In this document: piece after piece, positions 27,051 through 40,700 of the stretch
How positions within the stretch are numbered: the first letter of the stretch is position 1
Layout of the letters: every line of letters starts with the position of its first letter
Origin: Rhina ancylostomus
Taxonomy: Eukaryota
Assembly (NCBI GenBank): GCA_030265395.1
Contig: JARFYF010000058.1
Location: 12,467,495 to 12,531,494, forward strand
Direction of reading: 5' to 3'
DNA: 64,000 bases
Made by a program: the position numbers and the translations under genes
The notes under the pieces: model-generated
Told to the model about the DNA's origin: nothing
Database searches by the model: none
What the model saw: the letters and a program-made list of their open reading frames with translations, nothing else

Positions 27051-28279
27051 AACCTTAGAATTGATGGTCAGATAATGAAGGTCACATGTAATTATGCAAA
27101 GGGTATAATAATCACTGTGTGGCTTATGATTTTAAGTCATCCTGGAACTCTGTGTCTGGGTGACTTCCTTACAATATGGTGGAAGAAAACAGTGAACAAT
27201 GGAACCTGAGTTTCAACTGATTGCTGCAGGGAATGCAGAGGGTGATTGAACACGCAACTCTGGGAGTGATAAATTCAGTGGTAAAAGGCAAGGGAAGGGA
27301 ACTGCTCATCAGGCTCTTCTTCACATAATGATTTTTATCCCAAGGGCATGTAGGGATTAGCTGCTATTTATCTCAAAAGATATTTGAATGTAGGGTATAA
27401 ATTTATGATAGACCAAACTAACCAATTTTCCTTTGTTTTGCATCTCTGCCTGAACCAAGTTTGGACAGGGCAGCTAAGAAAAATCCAGCACTTTTGGGCC
27501 AATTTTTAACACCTGTTCCTCATATCTCTCAGATAAATGATATGAAGGGACAGAGTGTGTCTAAATTGTGTATTGAGTGTAGAATTCAACATCTTCAACA
27601 TCAAAGGTTCAACATAATGCAGCAAAAATTCTTGTAATAATTTAAAGAAGGTGATGAAAATGACCAAAAGCTGACATTGAGAAGCCATATATCACATCTT
27701 AAGAATGTCTACACTGTTTGTTGAAAACCATAATCAATATAGGAGCAACCAGCCCACACTTGGCATCTTCCATTGTCACAACTGAGACTTTGCAGTGCAG
27801 AGATTGAGTGTGACAGATAATTGTAAATATTTTAAAATGCAAAAGGACAATCCAGCGTTGCCTTTATATCACAGGAGATTTTTTTTTGGAAAGACACACG
27901 GAACAGAAAATAACTTGCAATGGGGAAAAACACATCATGTGTGGGCATCAGGGGTGGGAGGAAGAAATAGATCAGTTGTGATTGCCACTTGTCGAATTGC
28001 TTGCTGTTGTTAAGGATTTGAAATTCTTTGGAGATTACAACTTCAAGTGTCCACCATAAATTTGGTGTCAAGTTCCTGCAGAAACATCAGGAATGGCACA
28101 TTCTATTGCTTCCAGTATCTTGTATCGATGTTAAATTGAACATAAGGAACACCCCCTCATGCTTAAAGAATGGCCAGTAGGGTTGGGTATCAATGGGGAA
28201 ACAGCAAACCCTGAATGGCTCTCCAGCAACTAATCACTTCCTTCCTGGAGCAGAAGATGGATAAAAATAAATCTTAGCT

Positions 28280-28590
28280 CTGGAGTCATTGAGTCACACA
28301 GCACACAAACAGGTCTTTAATCCCACCACATCCACACTGACTATCAAACACCTATCTACACTAACACCCTTTTTCTTGTTGCATTTCTATCAACTGTCCC
28401 CCTCCTAGATTCTCCTGCCACTAATTTACAGTGCCAATTAACCTCCCGAACAGCATGTCATTGGCTATGGGAACACAATAGAGAAGCCAAGGAAAACCAT
28501 GTAGTCTCAAGGAGAAGGTTCAAACTCCACACAGACAGCATCTGAGGTCAGGATCAAACTCAGATCTCTGCAGCTATGGGGTTGAAAACT
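28280..28590 (-). mobile_element. V-SINE-like element
   Basis: Reverse complement gives gtttgatcctgacctcagatgctgtctgtgtggagtttgaaccttctcc, a tRNA B-box-like head followed by a V-domain-like core. Confidence 0.6.
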
Positions 28591-28604
28591 ATGGGGTTCT
28601 GCCT

Positions 28605-28990
28605 ATACTTCTTGCTGCCTCAGTAAAGCAGCCAGCATGATCAAAGACCCTACCCACCCAGGATATTCTCTCTTCTCCCCTCTCCTATCAGGCAGAAGAT
28701 ATAAAAGGACAGCTTCTATGTTTTAAGACTATTGAATGATTTCCTAGTATAATAAGAAGGACTCTTGACCTCACAATCTACCTCGTTATGACGTTGTACC
28801 TTATTGTCTACCTGCACTGCACTTTCTCTTTCTCTGTTGCTGTTACACTTTTTTCTGCATTCTGTTATTGTTTTGCCTTGTACTACTTTGATGCACTGTG
28901 TAATAAATTGATCTATATGAATGGTATGCAAGACAAATTTTTCACTGTACCTCGGTACATATGACAATAATAAACCGATTCTAATTCCAA
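28605..28990 (+). mobile_element. Rex1/Babar-type LINE 3' end, internally deleted relative to the 12.3-kb copy
   Basis: gcagccagcatgatcaaagaccctacccaccca...ggcagaagatataaaaggacagcttctat aligns to 12341-12460; same 3' UTR. Confidence 0.75.
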
Positions 28991-30109
28991 AACCTTTATC
29001 AAATGTAGTCATTCAATATTATTTGCAGCCTCTATATTATCCATTCATCTACTGCAGATATAGAGAATGGCAGGATAATAAATAAATCATAAAATAATAA
29101 ATAAATGAATAAAAACTCAGTGGAACTATCTGGACCAAACAAAATCAGCAGAAAATGGCTTCAAAATGGGTGTGTTATTCGAGCTTTCACCTTGTGTGGC
29201 TGCAAACTGCAACCCATTTCTGGCAGTTGTCCTCTTGCCTTTGTGTGCTTGGATGGAATGATGTAACCAGAGCCCTGTAATTTTAAAAGACAAATGCACC
29301 AGGCATATTTGGACTGCAAATCCTGGCAATGAGCAGTATGATCAGCGGACCTCTAATATCTATAGCAAAATCAGTCCAGAGAAGTCTCTGGCTGTATATC
29401 AGTGGAGGTAGGAAGAGCAGGAATCCTCCTTCAGCTTGAGAAAAAGCTTCAGGTTACAGCTGGTCCAGCCATCCTTCTTACCTTACATGCATTTGAAGTC
29501 TACCCTCAAAGGGTCTCACCACAGGTTGGCTGAGTTTCTAAGGCACCTTAGAGCTTGAACCAGGTTAACTGATAGTTGTCAACCAAAGGTAGTTGTCATG
29601 TTTCTGCTGTCAGCCTTCTGGTGACAACGCAGTGATGTTGCTGCCTCACACCTCAAATGAGTAGTAGGATCTGGATGGTGTTGTTGAGACTGTGGGTAGG
29701 ATAAAATGGGTTAGTATAGGATTAGTGTAAATGGGTGCTTGATGATTGATGGTTGGTCGGACAAAGGGCCTGTTTCCGTGCTGTACAACATTTTGACTAT
29801 ACAATTGTAAAAATCAAACCGATTGTTTCAAACCATGAAACATCGCTGTTTATCATAGATACAAATTATTGATTGCAATTCTGAAGTCATCTTGCTCTAA
29901 CAATGAGTTATTGTTCAGATTCTTTCATGTGCATACCATGTGTCTGAATGCCTGAAGAGTTCTTATGCATCAAGATAACACGAGTGTAACAGTCTTTAGA
30001 TTTTTTCTTGGAGTGAATCTAGCAACATGGGAGAGTAAAATTAAAATGCATTGATTCAAATCCACTCTGAGAGGCAAACTGGACAGTTGCTGTTAGAGGA
30101 GGGTGAATC

Positions 30110-30380
30110 AATGGCACTTTTGCCTCTGAATCAGGCAGGATAGATTCAGGTCTCAAGCCCATTCTTGAGCACACAAATCCAGACTGACACTTCAGTGCTG
30201 TATTGAGGGAGTACTATATTCTCTTAGAAGTGCAGACTTTTAAGTTAAATATCAAACCAAGGCTTGAGCTGCCTTCTTAGGTGGATGTCAAAGATTTCAG
30301 GGGCTTAATGTTGATGAGCAGAGTTGTTAACCTTGGTATTCTGACCAAAATTGATCTTTTAATCAATATCACTAAAAAGA
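30110..30380 (+). mobile_element. Deu-domain SINE (SacSINE1/AmnSINE1-like), old copy
   Basis: ttgagcacacaaatccagactgacacttcagtgctgtattgagggagt...aaaccaaggc...taggtggatgtcaaagat resembles the recalled Deu-domain consensus. Confidence 0.65.
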
Positions 30381-33247
30381 AGCTACACATTTAAACATCA
30401 TTACCCATAAAATCAATTGCATATCTTTGACATTTTTCAGCATTATGTAATGGAAAGTTGATTTTTTTTCCCAGAGAGGAATGTCATAATGACTTCCAGG
30501 CCATTTAGCACCCTTCTGGAAATTAAACTAGGTACTTCCAGGCATGCCCTGATGCAATTTCTGTGTCAGGTTTAATGGGATAAAGTCATTTCCATATGCA
30601 ACATTCTACTTGGAGCATTGCGGTATAATTTAGACCAAGTTGCTGCACAGGTAATTGTTGTTCCCAGGTGAAGTAGGTCTTCCCAGTGCATGCTGGACTG
30701 GGACTGCTGAGGGGTAAATCTCAAGCTTACCTTTAATCCTTTGGGTCATATCAGTTCTGCCCTGATCCTCCTTACTCATTCCTGAAATACGAACTGTACA
30801 ACCTGTCATCCCCCAAATTGCAGACAATGATGCCCTAATCCAATACCCAACCCACAACACCATCACCATCCACAATGCCCCACATCCAACAATCTGGCCC
30901 AGGATCATAACAACCTTATGATCCATGGAGGGCCCTGATTGAGTTCTCAGTTTCCAAACCTCATTGCTCTATCATTTGCTCATCTCCACCTTGTATCCTC
31001 CAATGTGCCCTGGTACATAATACCTGCGAGTAATCATTGGACTGGTTCTTCTATCCCCACTCCCTGATTGAGGGTTCCATCCACTCCTTGACCCAAGGTT
31101 CCAATCTCTCTCCCCCATCTCTGATCAGGGACAGATCTTAGACACTGAACCCTCCATCTCACCGACCACATCACAGGTCTGACTGGATCTACAGCTTCTA
31201 GTCATCCCTATCTACCACAAATGCAGCCATGGATCCAATTAATGAGCAACAAATTTTGATTAAAATAATGCTTGACACCTGTTCAGTTACCCAAGGACTC
31301 TTGCAAACAAACAAACTTTGTTGTAGGAGGAAATCCCCCACTAAAATAGTTGTGTGCACTTCACTGCAATGCACACCATGCACACCTTCTGGTTCAATAC
31401 CATTTGCTGGATGGCAAATATATTCTAAATTTCTCTGGACCAGATCTGCATCTGTATCCATTGCTTTCTTACAAAAATTTGATATATTTTTACAATGTCT
31501 CATAAATTGCAATTAGATATATGCATGGAGATTGGAGAATCTATTGGAGAAACACAAACTATTGGAGAAATAATTAGCTCTTATCTACATTTGATGTATC
31601 TCTCCAACCACAGGGTTTTGCATGAGTTGTAGCTGTTTTTAAAGTGATTAACACTGTTATTGAATGGTGTCAGATGATAAATGCCAACAAAACACATCTA
31701 TCAAATACCAGTCCCAATGAAAGGCCTCACCCTGAAACATCAACTGTTCATCTACCTCCGTAGATGCTGCCTAACCAGATGAGTTTCTCCAGCTCCTTTG
31801 TGTGTTTCTCTATCAAATACCTATTGGATTTGATGGAAAATGGGGAATTAGGTAGGAAATGGTGATAAACAACAATTGTCAGTATTATCCACCGTCTTTG
31901 TAAAAGACGAGTGGAACACAGCATCTGTGGACTTGATGCAAAGAGGATTATCAAAGCATACTTTGTTTGCCAAATGTTAGGTGACAAGTGTTAGGTGAGT
32001 AATAATCAGGTGACTTTCCTGCTCCTCGTTTTCTGTGTACCCTTAATCAACAGATTCTAGTTTCTGTGGAGGCAAGGCAACTGCTGGCTTTTAAGTGTTA
32101 GGTTGCAGCATGCAGTGAGGGACAAATTAACAATTTCCTCTTCCACACACAAAAGATCTGCTTCATAAAATTTATTTTCCTGAAGGAATAGGACAGTGAA
32201 TATCCCAGCTACTATTAATGAAGAATTATGGAATTAAAACAAAAGCTACCACTGGTCTCGTGTCTGTGAAATGGCTCTTTTGTTGTAAACATTATCTGGT
32301 TTACTAGTGCCTTTCAGGGAAGGAAATCTGGAAACCTTGCCCAGTCAAGCCATTATGTGACTCCAGAACCCCTCAATGTTCTTGACTCTTCATTGTATCC
32401 TCCCCAATTCAGAGGCAATTAGGGATGAATGATAAAGACGCTGACATTGCCAGCGATGGCAACATCCTGTGAATGGGCAAATAAAACAAAATTAATGTGA
32501 TAGCAGACTTTGGTTAAAGGAATAATTTCCCAAGAACTTTGCAAGTAATGCCTCATCTACTGCCTACCCTTGCGAGCTCTGAAAACCTGGGGGTGGGCCC
32601 CTTTGTTTTGCTGCACATCTTTCACAACTGTAAATAGATGAAGACTTTCAGGACCTTTACCCTGTGAAGAAGGAGGAATAGTGGTATGTACCCAATTGTG
32701 TTAGCCAATTTAGGGGGATTTGGAGGGAATAAAGCCTCAGTACTGTATAAGCCCTGATGGCTGCCAAGTTCTGTTTTATTTATAGTGCAGATGAAAATAA
32801 GGTTGAACATGATGGTAGTTTCAGGGAATTCTCCAGTCCTGGCTTGTGAATGGACAGGTGAATGAAAGTGCTCACCTGGAGATTTGATTCTGAGGGAGTT
32901 CTCCACTGACATCTTGCAATTCAAGAAGGTGGTCCTCCTTCACCTTCTGAAGGGCAATTAGGGATGAGCAATAAATGCTGGACATACAAGGATGCCCAGA
33001 TCCCAATAACAGGTTAAGAAACAAACATTGCCTTTGAACAATCATGATTACTATTCTGTGTGTAGATTTGACTGTTTTACTCACTTCACATTTTGCTTAG
33101 ATTTCGCGATGCCATCTTCAACTGAACAGCACCACCAAATTTCCTCCTGCATTGACATAAGGGAAACTAATTGAAAATGTAAAAAAAAAATTACATTATT
33201 TAGCACAGTGAACTTACTCTAAATTAACCTTAGATCAGATTTATATC

Positions 33248-33570
33248 ATAGGTAGCACAGCAGTGCAGCTAGAAGAGCCTGTGCCAGAGACCCTGGTTGG
33301 CTGGAGTTTGCATGTTATCCTTGGTCAACATGCAAAGTATGGTCAAGTTTCCTCCCACATCCCAAAAATTTGAAAGTTGGTGGCTTCATTGGCTATTGTA
33401 AATTGCGCACAGTATGCAGGTGAACAATAAAATTTGGGGGGAGTTGATGAGGATATGGGAAGAGTTAAAAATGAGATTAATGTAGGATTGGTGTAATTGG
33501 GCATTTGATGGTCAGTGCAGACTCGATGGAGTCAACAGCTCTTTCCATGCAGTATCTCTCTATGATTCTA
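33248..33570 (+). mobile_element. V-SINE-like element
   Basis: ggagtttgcatgtt...gtttcctcccacatcccaaa..tgtaaattgc V-domain core with a CR1-like tail; further partial copies at ~29620-29800 and ~42690-42940. Confidence 0.7.
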
Positions 33571-34424
33571 TTTCAAACTATATCTGCTCTTTGCAAATAT
33601 TTACTTCTTTTTAACTTGTTCTTTCCATTAGGCTTCAATTATGTCTGCTGCATGTGTGCATGATGTTTCATAGCAACACATTTTAATAGGGGAATGGAAA
33701 CTACCTTAGTGTACTTAACGTATGAAAGCCAACCACAAAAAATGTTTGAAACAGATGCAGCTCTGATATTGCAGACTTTTTTTTGAGGCTTAGCAATTTC
33801 ATGCAGTCCCAATACCAAAAAACAAAAGCTCGTTTAAAATCTGTGCAATCATGATGAACACATAAAATAATTTGGCAAAGACACTGAATGTGGAAAATGT
33901 TTATTCCTACATGAATCAATACACTATCTCCCTGAATGATGCATAAAAAGGAAGATTTAAACATTGGAAAATAAATAATTTAAAGATTTGTTTACAAATA
34001 ACACATTCCCATTTTGAGTTTCATTTCTGCCCACCTCTTCAAACCTCTCTGTTATTGCTTTGCCATCTTGCCTGTGTGGTTAAGTAAAGGGCTAAACTAT
34101 TCCAAATTGTTCAAGTTTAGGTAAGAAATATGTGGTTTGCCCTTAGGAATGGACAGACTGTTCTCTGCTTATCCCAGCTGGGCAGGAGAATCATGTGATT
34201 TGCCTACTTAACAACTATGTCACAGACAATCTGTTGCATGAGCATAAAGACTCAACAGTAAGTAGTTTAAATATATTGCCTTGCAATTAAAATGTTATCT
34301 AAATGCATTTGTGAAGAGATTACACATTACTGATAGGAATAATTGTTTATCTTTGGGATTACTAAAATCAGCTTTCAGTTTGGCAAACTTTAGGCGAGTT
34401 TGCAACACCAGTACTGACGTTTTC

Positions 34425-35075
34425 ATTTTCCATCTTGGTAGTCTACAACCCTATGGTACCAACATTGAATTTTCCAATTTTAGATAATCCACACTCCCTG
34501 TCCTCCTCTCTCTGTCCTTCTTCCCCTGCCTGCACCTCTTGTCACCCAGTTTCATTCCCCTCCTCCACCTGGTTCCATCTGCCTATCACCCATACACCTT
34601 CTGGTTCCCCTATCCTCTCCCCCAACGTGCTCCACCTGCCCATCATCCCTCCCTTATCTGCTTCCACTCATCACCTTCCTTACCTATCAGATTCCAGCAT
34701 CTGCAGCCTCCTGTGTTTCCACATATCAGCCCCTGTCTCTATCTCCACCCTCCCTTTCCCCACCTGGTTCCATCTGCCCCCTTTTATCTCTCTCCTTAAC
34801 TGCTTTTACCTATCACCTATCAACCACTGACTCCCGACTCCACCCTCCTCCTTCACCATCTGGCTCCATCTGCCGATCATTCTCACCTGGTCTCACCCCT
34901 CCCTTTCACCTCTTTATGTTGGCTATCTCCCCTCTACATGCTCAGTCCTGATGCAGGGTTTCAACCCAAAATATTGCTCATCCCTTTGCCTCCACAGATG
35001 TTGCTTGGACCACTGAGTTCCACAGCACTTTATTTGCTCCAGATTATAGCATCTGGAGTCTCTCTTGTGTCTCTG
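34425..35075 (+). mobile_element. Penelope-like element 3' remnant with C/T-rich low-complexity tract
   Basis: IFHLGSLQPYGTNIEFSNFR* C-terminus, then pyrimidine-rich repeats and a cctgatgcagggtttcaacccaaaat...gatgttgct terminal motif. Confidence 0.65.
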
Positions 35076-37749
35076 ATTTTTTTAATGGTGTTTCCTGTGG
35101 TGTTTTGCTATGAGTCGACCGACCCTGCTTGTGCCAACAATGGTTGACATGCCACTGGACTATTACACATGTCAGGTTTAGCCAAGTGACAGCTGAAGAG
35201 GAATGGACAACATGGATGCCGTGACTGTTTATAGTAAGACTCTTAGCATGTGTGACCATGCTCTAGACCACTTAGCTTGTGTATTGAACAAATGGACGTT
35301 TTCTTTAAAGCAAATAATATTGTGGAGATTGAGGGAGCAGGCAAAATCATGAGAACTCTAGAGATATAATATGCTAATTTTTAAAAATAAAAGCAATATT
35401 CTTGATGGACACTGAGCCAGGAAATTATGGTTTGATGACAAATCTCTTGCTAGTCAAAGCATAAGATGTTTTTTTTAAAGTTGTTGTGCAGAATTGATAA
35501 ATTACTTTAATCCAAAGGAATAAGAAATACCAAAGCTATAAATGTGGAATAAGGAGCCAGAAGCAGCATGAGAACGTTAGTGTCCTCCATTATTTTTCAG
35601 GAAGTTTTCTGTTTCTTTTGTAAAGACAGGCACAACATATCTGTTTAATTTCTTTATCTCTTCCTTATTGCTAATATAATTTGTCTAGTAATAGGTGCCA
35701 CGGCCAAGAAAGCTCACCAGCGCCTCTACTTCCTTAAGAGGTTAAAGATGAGGAATTAAAAGTGTTCCATTACTGTTGCAATTGGTTGTTATGTGAGCAT
35801 GAGTGTAACACATGGGGATATAGAGTGTTTAACGTACTATAAGGGAAAAGCTTTTAGCCAAACATCACAGTGAATGCATGAATAGTCAGATGAAAACAAA
35901 CAGGAGAACCTTTACTTACTGGTCCTGTTTGAATTGTGAGCTCAAATTGTTGGTAAACAAATGAAACATTTGCCAAAATTGTTGTAACAAGCTAACTAAA
36001 ACTCCTTTACAGTCACGCTCATGTCCTGATAGATCTTTTCAGAGAATACACACCAATATTGTGAGAAAAGAAATGATATATTTTTCTGGTACTGATTGAT
36101 AACCACTCAGATTGGGTTTATGTGCTCTAGAGCTAAGGTCAATGTATGATGTCATGATTTATCTGATCTGCTTTTTTTCGATAATGGCCATTAGGTTTGT
36201 TTTAGTTCAGTAACAAACTTTATGAAATTGGAATGGTATCAACCACACTTCTGTTCCTTCATAACATCTGGCTTCAAATGTAGCGACCAAGAGGTTGGTC
36301 AGCTTAGTTAAAGATGTTCTCAAAAACCAATTGTTGCAGGGATATTGAAACAAAACATATAGCAGCACTTGGCTAATTTCTTGAACTACAGATGACTCTA
36401 CATACTAGTATGGGATACACTCCTTTAGAATTATTGAAGAATTTTAGACTGGGAACACACTTGAGTCAAATAAATTTAGTTTCCAGAGTTGAATGGAAGT
36501 AATTGAGACAAAGTATCACTATGACATTAGTCAGAAGGAATGCAGTTTCATGCTCATCGATCACCTAAGTTAAGCTAACACAAGTGGTAGGCAGGAACCG
36601 TTTGGAGGTTTGTGGAACTAAGAAATATTTGGGTAAAGTTGGAGGCAAAATCTAAGGGTGCTCAGGTGGATCAAATCATCTCTGTTTGAGTTGAACCAAA
36701 TCTTGTGTTGATAAGACCTAAGTGGGCTGTAGGGTCCCAATGCTGGAAGTTTCTGCTTGTCCAGTCATACATAAAAAAAACACTGGTGTCACACTAGAGG
36801 CTGGTACATCCACAAACACATGGTTTACAACCTTTCAAAGCTAGATCTCACCCAATTCAGCTTCTGTTTTAAGGTTGGAAACCTTGAAAGCATAGTTGAG
36901 CCCTAATGGCACCAAATATCAGAACCACCAGAAGCAGGGGTTTAGATGGATGCATGAAGGACACTGATACTGGTCAATGCCACCCACTCTATGTAAATGT
37001 AATGGGATATATAATTGAGGGCTTTTGCTTAAAGGTAACTGAATAAGTTGAATTCATTTAAATTATGTGCTCTTGTTTTCAGGATTTATGCTTTGGATCC
37101 ACATGTCAGTTAATTTTTCTGTGAATTCAAACCCAACATCCTGATAAATGACTTAAAAAAGAATTAACTACAGTGTAAATCCACTGTGACATAGATGTGA
37201 ATTGCAGTTAAAATAGCATTTCAACACATAGGATAAAATAAATTACAGCATATTTTTATAGCAGTGGATTTAATTTTCTTAAAAGTACAAGTAAACCAAC
37301 TAACATGACTAAAAACAGTTATCTCTCCATTTATGTTTGTGAGATCTTGTTGCGTGTGAATGTTACTGACTTTCCTGTATTACAACATTTTAAGTACTTC
37401 ATTGGCTTTAATGTGCCTTGTGAAGGCATGAGGGCTGTAAGACGATACACAACTATAGCTTTTTGTTGTTGATACTTTATCACATTCTGCTGCAAATATC
37501 CAATTTCTGTGACATTTATGCAACTTGACGTGTTGGTTAATTATAAAACTTTCTCAATGCCATTTTCATGTCCTCAAAACAATGCAATATATTTTTCTTC
37601 TGTCTTACTTGTTTTATAAGTAAAACAGCTCCACTGGTGTTCTGCTTGGAGATCCTGGAATAAAATGTACCAGTCATATAGTGATAGAAGGATTGCCCAT
37701 CTTTGCATCCCTGAAGTCACATTAATAGGTGATGCTGATCTGAGTGGTC

Positions 37750-38640
37750 CACCATAAGGTTAGAAGTGGGGATGTTTGCTAACGATGGCACAGTGTACAA
37801 TTCCATTTGCAACTCCTTAGCAAATGAACCATTGACTGAGTGCAGCAAGAGCTAGACAATATTCAGGCAATGAAAATCAAACATTGCACATACGGCAAAT
37901 CTGAAGACATTAAGGCGAGTGGCAAGTAACATTCATGCTGCAAATATGCCAGTCAATGACCATCTTCAACAAGAGAGAGAAAGAGTTTAACCACATACCA
38001 TTAACATTCAATTGCATTACCATTGCAATGTCCTCCCTTCATCAACATCCAGGGGTCATCATTGATCAGAAGCCCAAGCGATCCACCCACATGAATACAA
38101 TGGCTACAAAAGTAGGTGAAAGGCTGGGAATCCTGTGATGAGTGACACAGGATACCCAGCCTGAGACCTTAAAGCCTTAGTACCATCTACAAGGCCCTGG
38201 TAAGGAGTGTGACAGAATCCTCTCCACTTGCCTGGATGAGTGCAGCACCAACAATACTCAGGAAGCTCAAATCCACTCATAGCAATGTGGCCTGCTTGAT
38301 TGTGAAACCATTTACAAACATTAATTTTCTTTGGCACCAGTATACAGTGGCTGTGGTGTACACCAGCTACAAAATGCACTGTTGTTACTCAACTAGACAA
38401 CTCTAATAACACTTCCCAAAGGTGAAATCTCAACACCAAGAATGAAAAGGGCTCCAGGTGCATGGTACGCCATGATCTCCATTTTCCCCTCCAATATTGC
38501 CTTTGTCCTTCATTACAATATTTAAATCCTGAAACTCCAGTCCCAGGAGGATTTCAATAGTTCAAGAGTGTGGCTCCACACCAACTTCTCAAGGGCCAGT
38601 TCGGATTGAACAAAATATGCCAGCAACACCAGCAATCCTC
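37750..38640 (+). mobile_element. Decayed non-LTR retrotransposon (same family as 15.8 kb)
   Basis: gtggggatgtttgctaacgat (GMFAND); SPLAWMSAAPTILRKL shared with YPQLAWMSAVPAVLKEL in the 16-kb copy. Confidence 0.7.
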
Positions 38641-40229
38641 AGGTCCTAAAAAAAGGTTAGTTTCAGCAAGTGCTTAAAATGCTTAATTAATTTCCTGTTG
38701 CTGCTCTCAGCAGATGTGATAAGATCTGGACCTTACTAAATCCACAATAAATATTTCTGTAAGCTTTTAATCACAAAGGAAAAATGTAAATTTTCATATT
38801 TTTGTTTCACATCAGTTTATAAATTCTGTTGTCTAGAAATTGATTACTCTGTTCGCCCTCATATATGCAAAGACTTCTTAATATCTACTTTGATCCATGC
38901 TATATTATTCAGCAAAACATTTTTGTTATCTCAACAAAAGTATAGTATGATATCATGGATTGCTTTAACTCTGTAAAAAAGAGATTGCTAATAAAAATTA
39001 TGTCTACTTCAGTTCGCAATGAAAATAACATGATATGTTTTTGAACATGTGGAAATGTACATGTTCTTTTGAACCTATTCTTTCCAATTTGTCAACCTAC
39101 ATAGATCCCACCTCTGCAAGTTTCCTTTATGGGTTGCATGAGGGTTTTGTTTTGTTCTGTAAATGTTCTAATTTTGTCTAATGTAATTTGCAAACTAAAC
39201 TAGCCAAATATAAATCAATACATATTAGTACAGGAATGCAATGAAGTCTAGAAACTAAACTTTCCTTTAGTAAGTTAATGATGTATGAATTGGAATGGCT
39301 TCTTGATCTACAAGGCGTAACTGTCTCTGCTAATTTGCAAGATAAACATGCAAAAACTGCGTAGTCTTATCACTTTCTAACTACTGCAACATAGGAGGTG
39401 TTTTTTTGGCAGAACTGGTCAATTCAATGTGCAGCTACTGTAATTCGACAAGAACAAGTGCATGCTCAGATCAAGTAGAGAATTGAAGGCTAGACCACAG
39501 GGGAAATTACTGCTGAACCTCTTCTCTGTTTTTCACAGCAAAAGGTTTAAAACACAGTTTTTTTTCAAGATAGTGCTAAATATTTTATCTGTTTCCAGAA
39601 AGAGTTCCAAGTTTAGTTTGAACAGGGAACCGGGACTGATAAGGTTTTTGTACAATAACTTGGCTGTTATGAAACGTGTGTTTGTTGAGGTGACAACATT
39701 TTCTTGCACATTAGCAACCTTTGCAGATGCTGTGAATCCTGTGGAGCTTTTTGTATTTTTAAAAACACCTTTTGGTCAGCCATTGCAATTCATTTCATTT
39801 TAAACAATGCCCATCATTTCATTGTAGACATATGCACAAGGTCTATAAATAGTTTGAGGCGTGTTTAACACAGGGAATAGGACAATATCGAAGGTTCCAC
39901 AATGAACCTGCACCTTGTCCCAAGCCAACTTCTCAGAAGCTCAATTGTGGTTGCAAAGTCACATACAATAGTACCATTGGAAGGGTTGCTTAATTAAAAT
40001 GCTGGTTCTTTTTTGTGGATTTGACTTTTAATCAGAGAATCATAATTCATTGCCCTGCATTAGTGACCTAAGGCCACCTAACGAAACAGCGTCCACGTAC
40101 ACCAACGAACTCAATGTAACTGCACTGTGTAATGAATTGACCTGTACGATCAGTTTGCAGGACAAGTTTTTCACTGGACCTGGGTACAAGTGACAATGAT
40201 AAACCAATACTAATACCAAAGGCTCATGA

Positions 40230-40700
40230 GCCCAACCGGCACCGCAGACAGGGCGAGGGGCGACCGACGGCACTTTACAACTGCGCACGCGTATAACCGG
40301 CAACCGGCCGAAAGCCCTCTCCGACGGCATCACGTGATGGCGCATGCGCGCAGGGCTCTGCCAGGGCATTGCGGCGGGGGAATCAGCTGATGTTGCGGCA
40401 GCCAAAGCCGGGGAGAAGGTGCGTGTTCCCTCCCCTCCCCACCTCATAGACGGCTTCGAATCGGCGTCTACTATCGTCGGTGGGGCGATCGCGGAGGGCT
40501 GTGAGGAAGCCAGGGTCGTTGTGGCCAAGGTCGGGTTGAAGGCGAACCGACGGTGCGGGGGAGGTGACAGGCCCGGCCCGGGCTGGGCTGGGCTGGGCCG
40601 CGGAGGCTTCACCTGTCCACCCGTCCCTGCTCCCCGCCAGGACACCCTTCCCCCTTTCCCCTTGCTCGTGTTATCGTTCGCTTCTTCCTTTCTTCGATCC
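40230..40700 (+). promoter_or_regulatory. CpG island / ATP6V0A1 promoter with CLEAR-like E-box (TCACGTGA 40330-40337) and NRF1-type palindrome (GCGCATGCGC 40340-40349)
   Basis: Only GC- and CpG-dense stretch in an AT-rich, CpG-depleted window; about 3.3 kb upstream of the first coding exon. Confidence 0.85.
40360..40418 (+). other. ATP6V0A1: Probable non-coding exon 1 of ATP6V0A1 (start approximate)
   Basis: Donor-like AAG|gtgcgt at 40418/40419 just downstream of the promoter motifs; the TSS cannot be determined from sequence. Confidence 0.45.

Noticed and set aside
35696-35750. Short coding-like CpG-containing patch (ATAKKAHQRLYFLKRLK)
   Set aside because: Matches a Rex/Babar RT motif; a small TE fragment, not a host exon.
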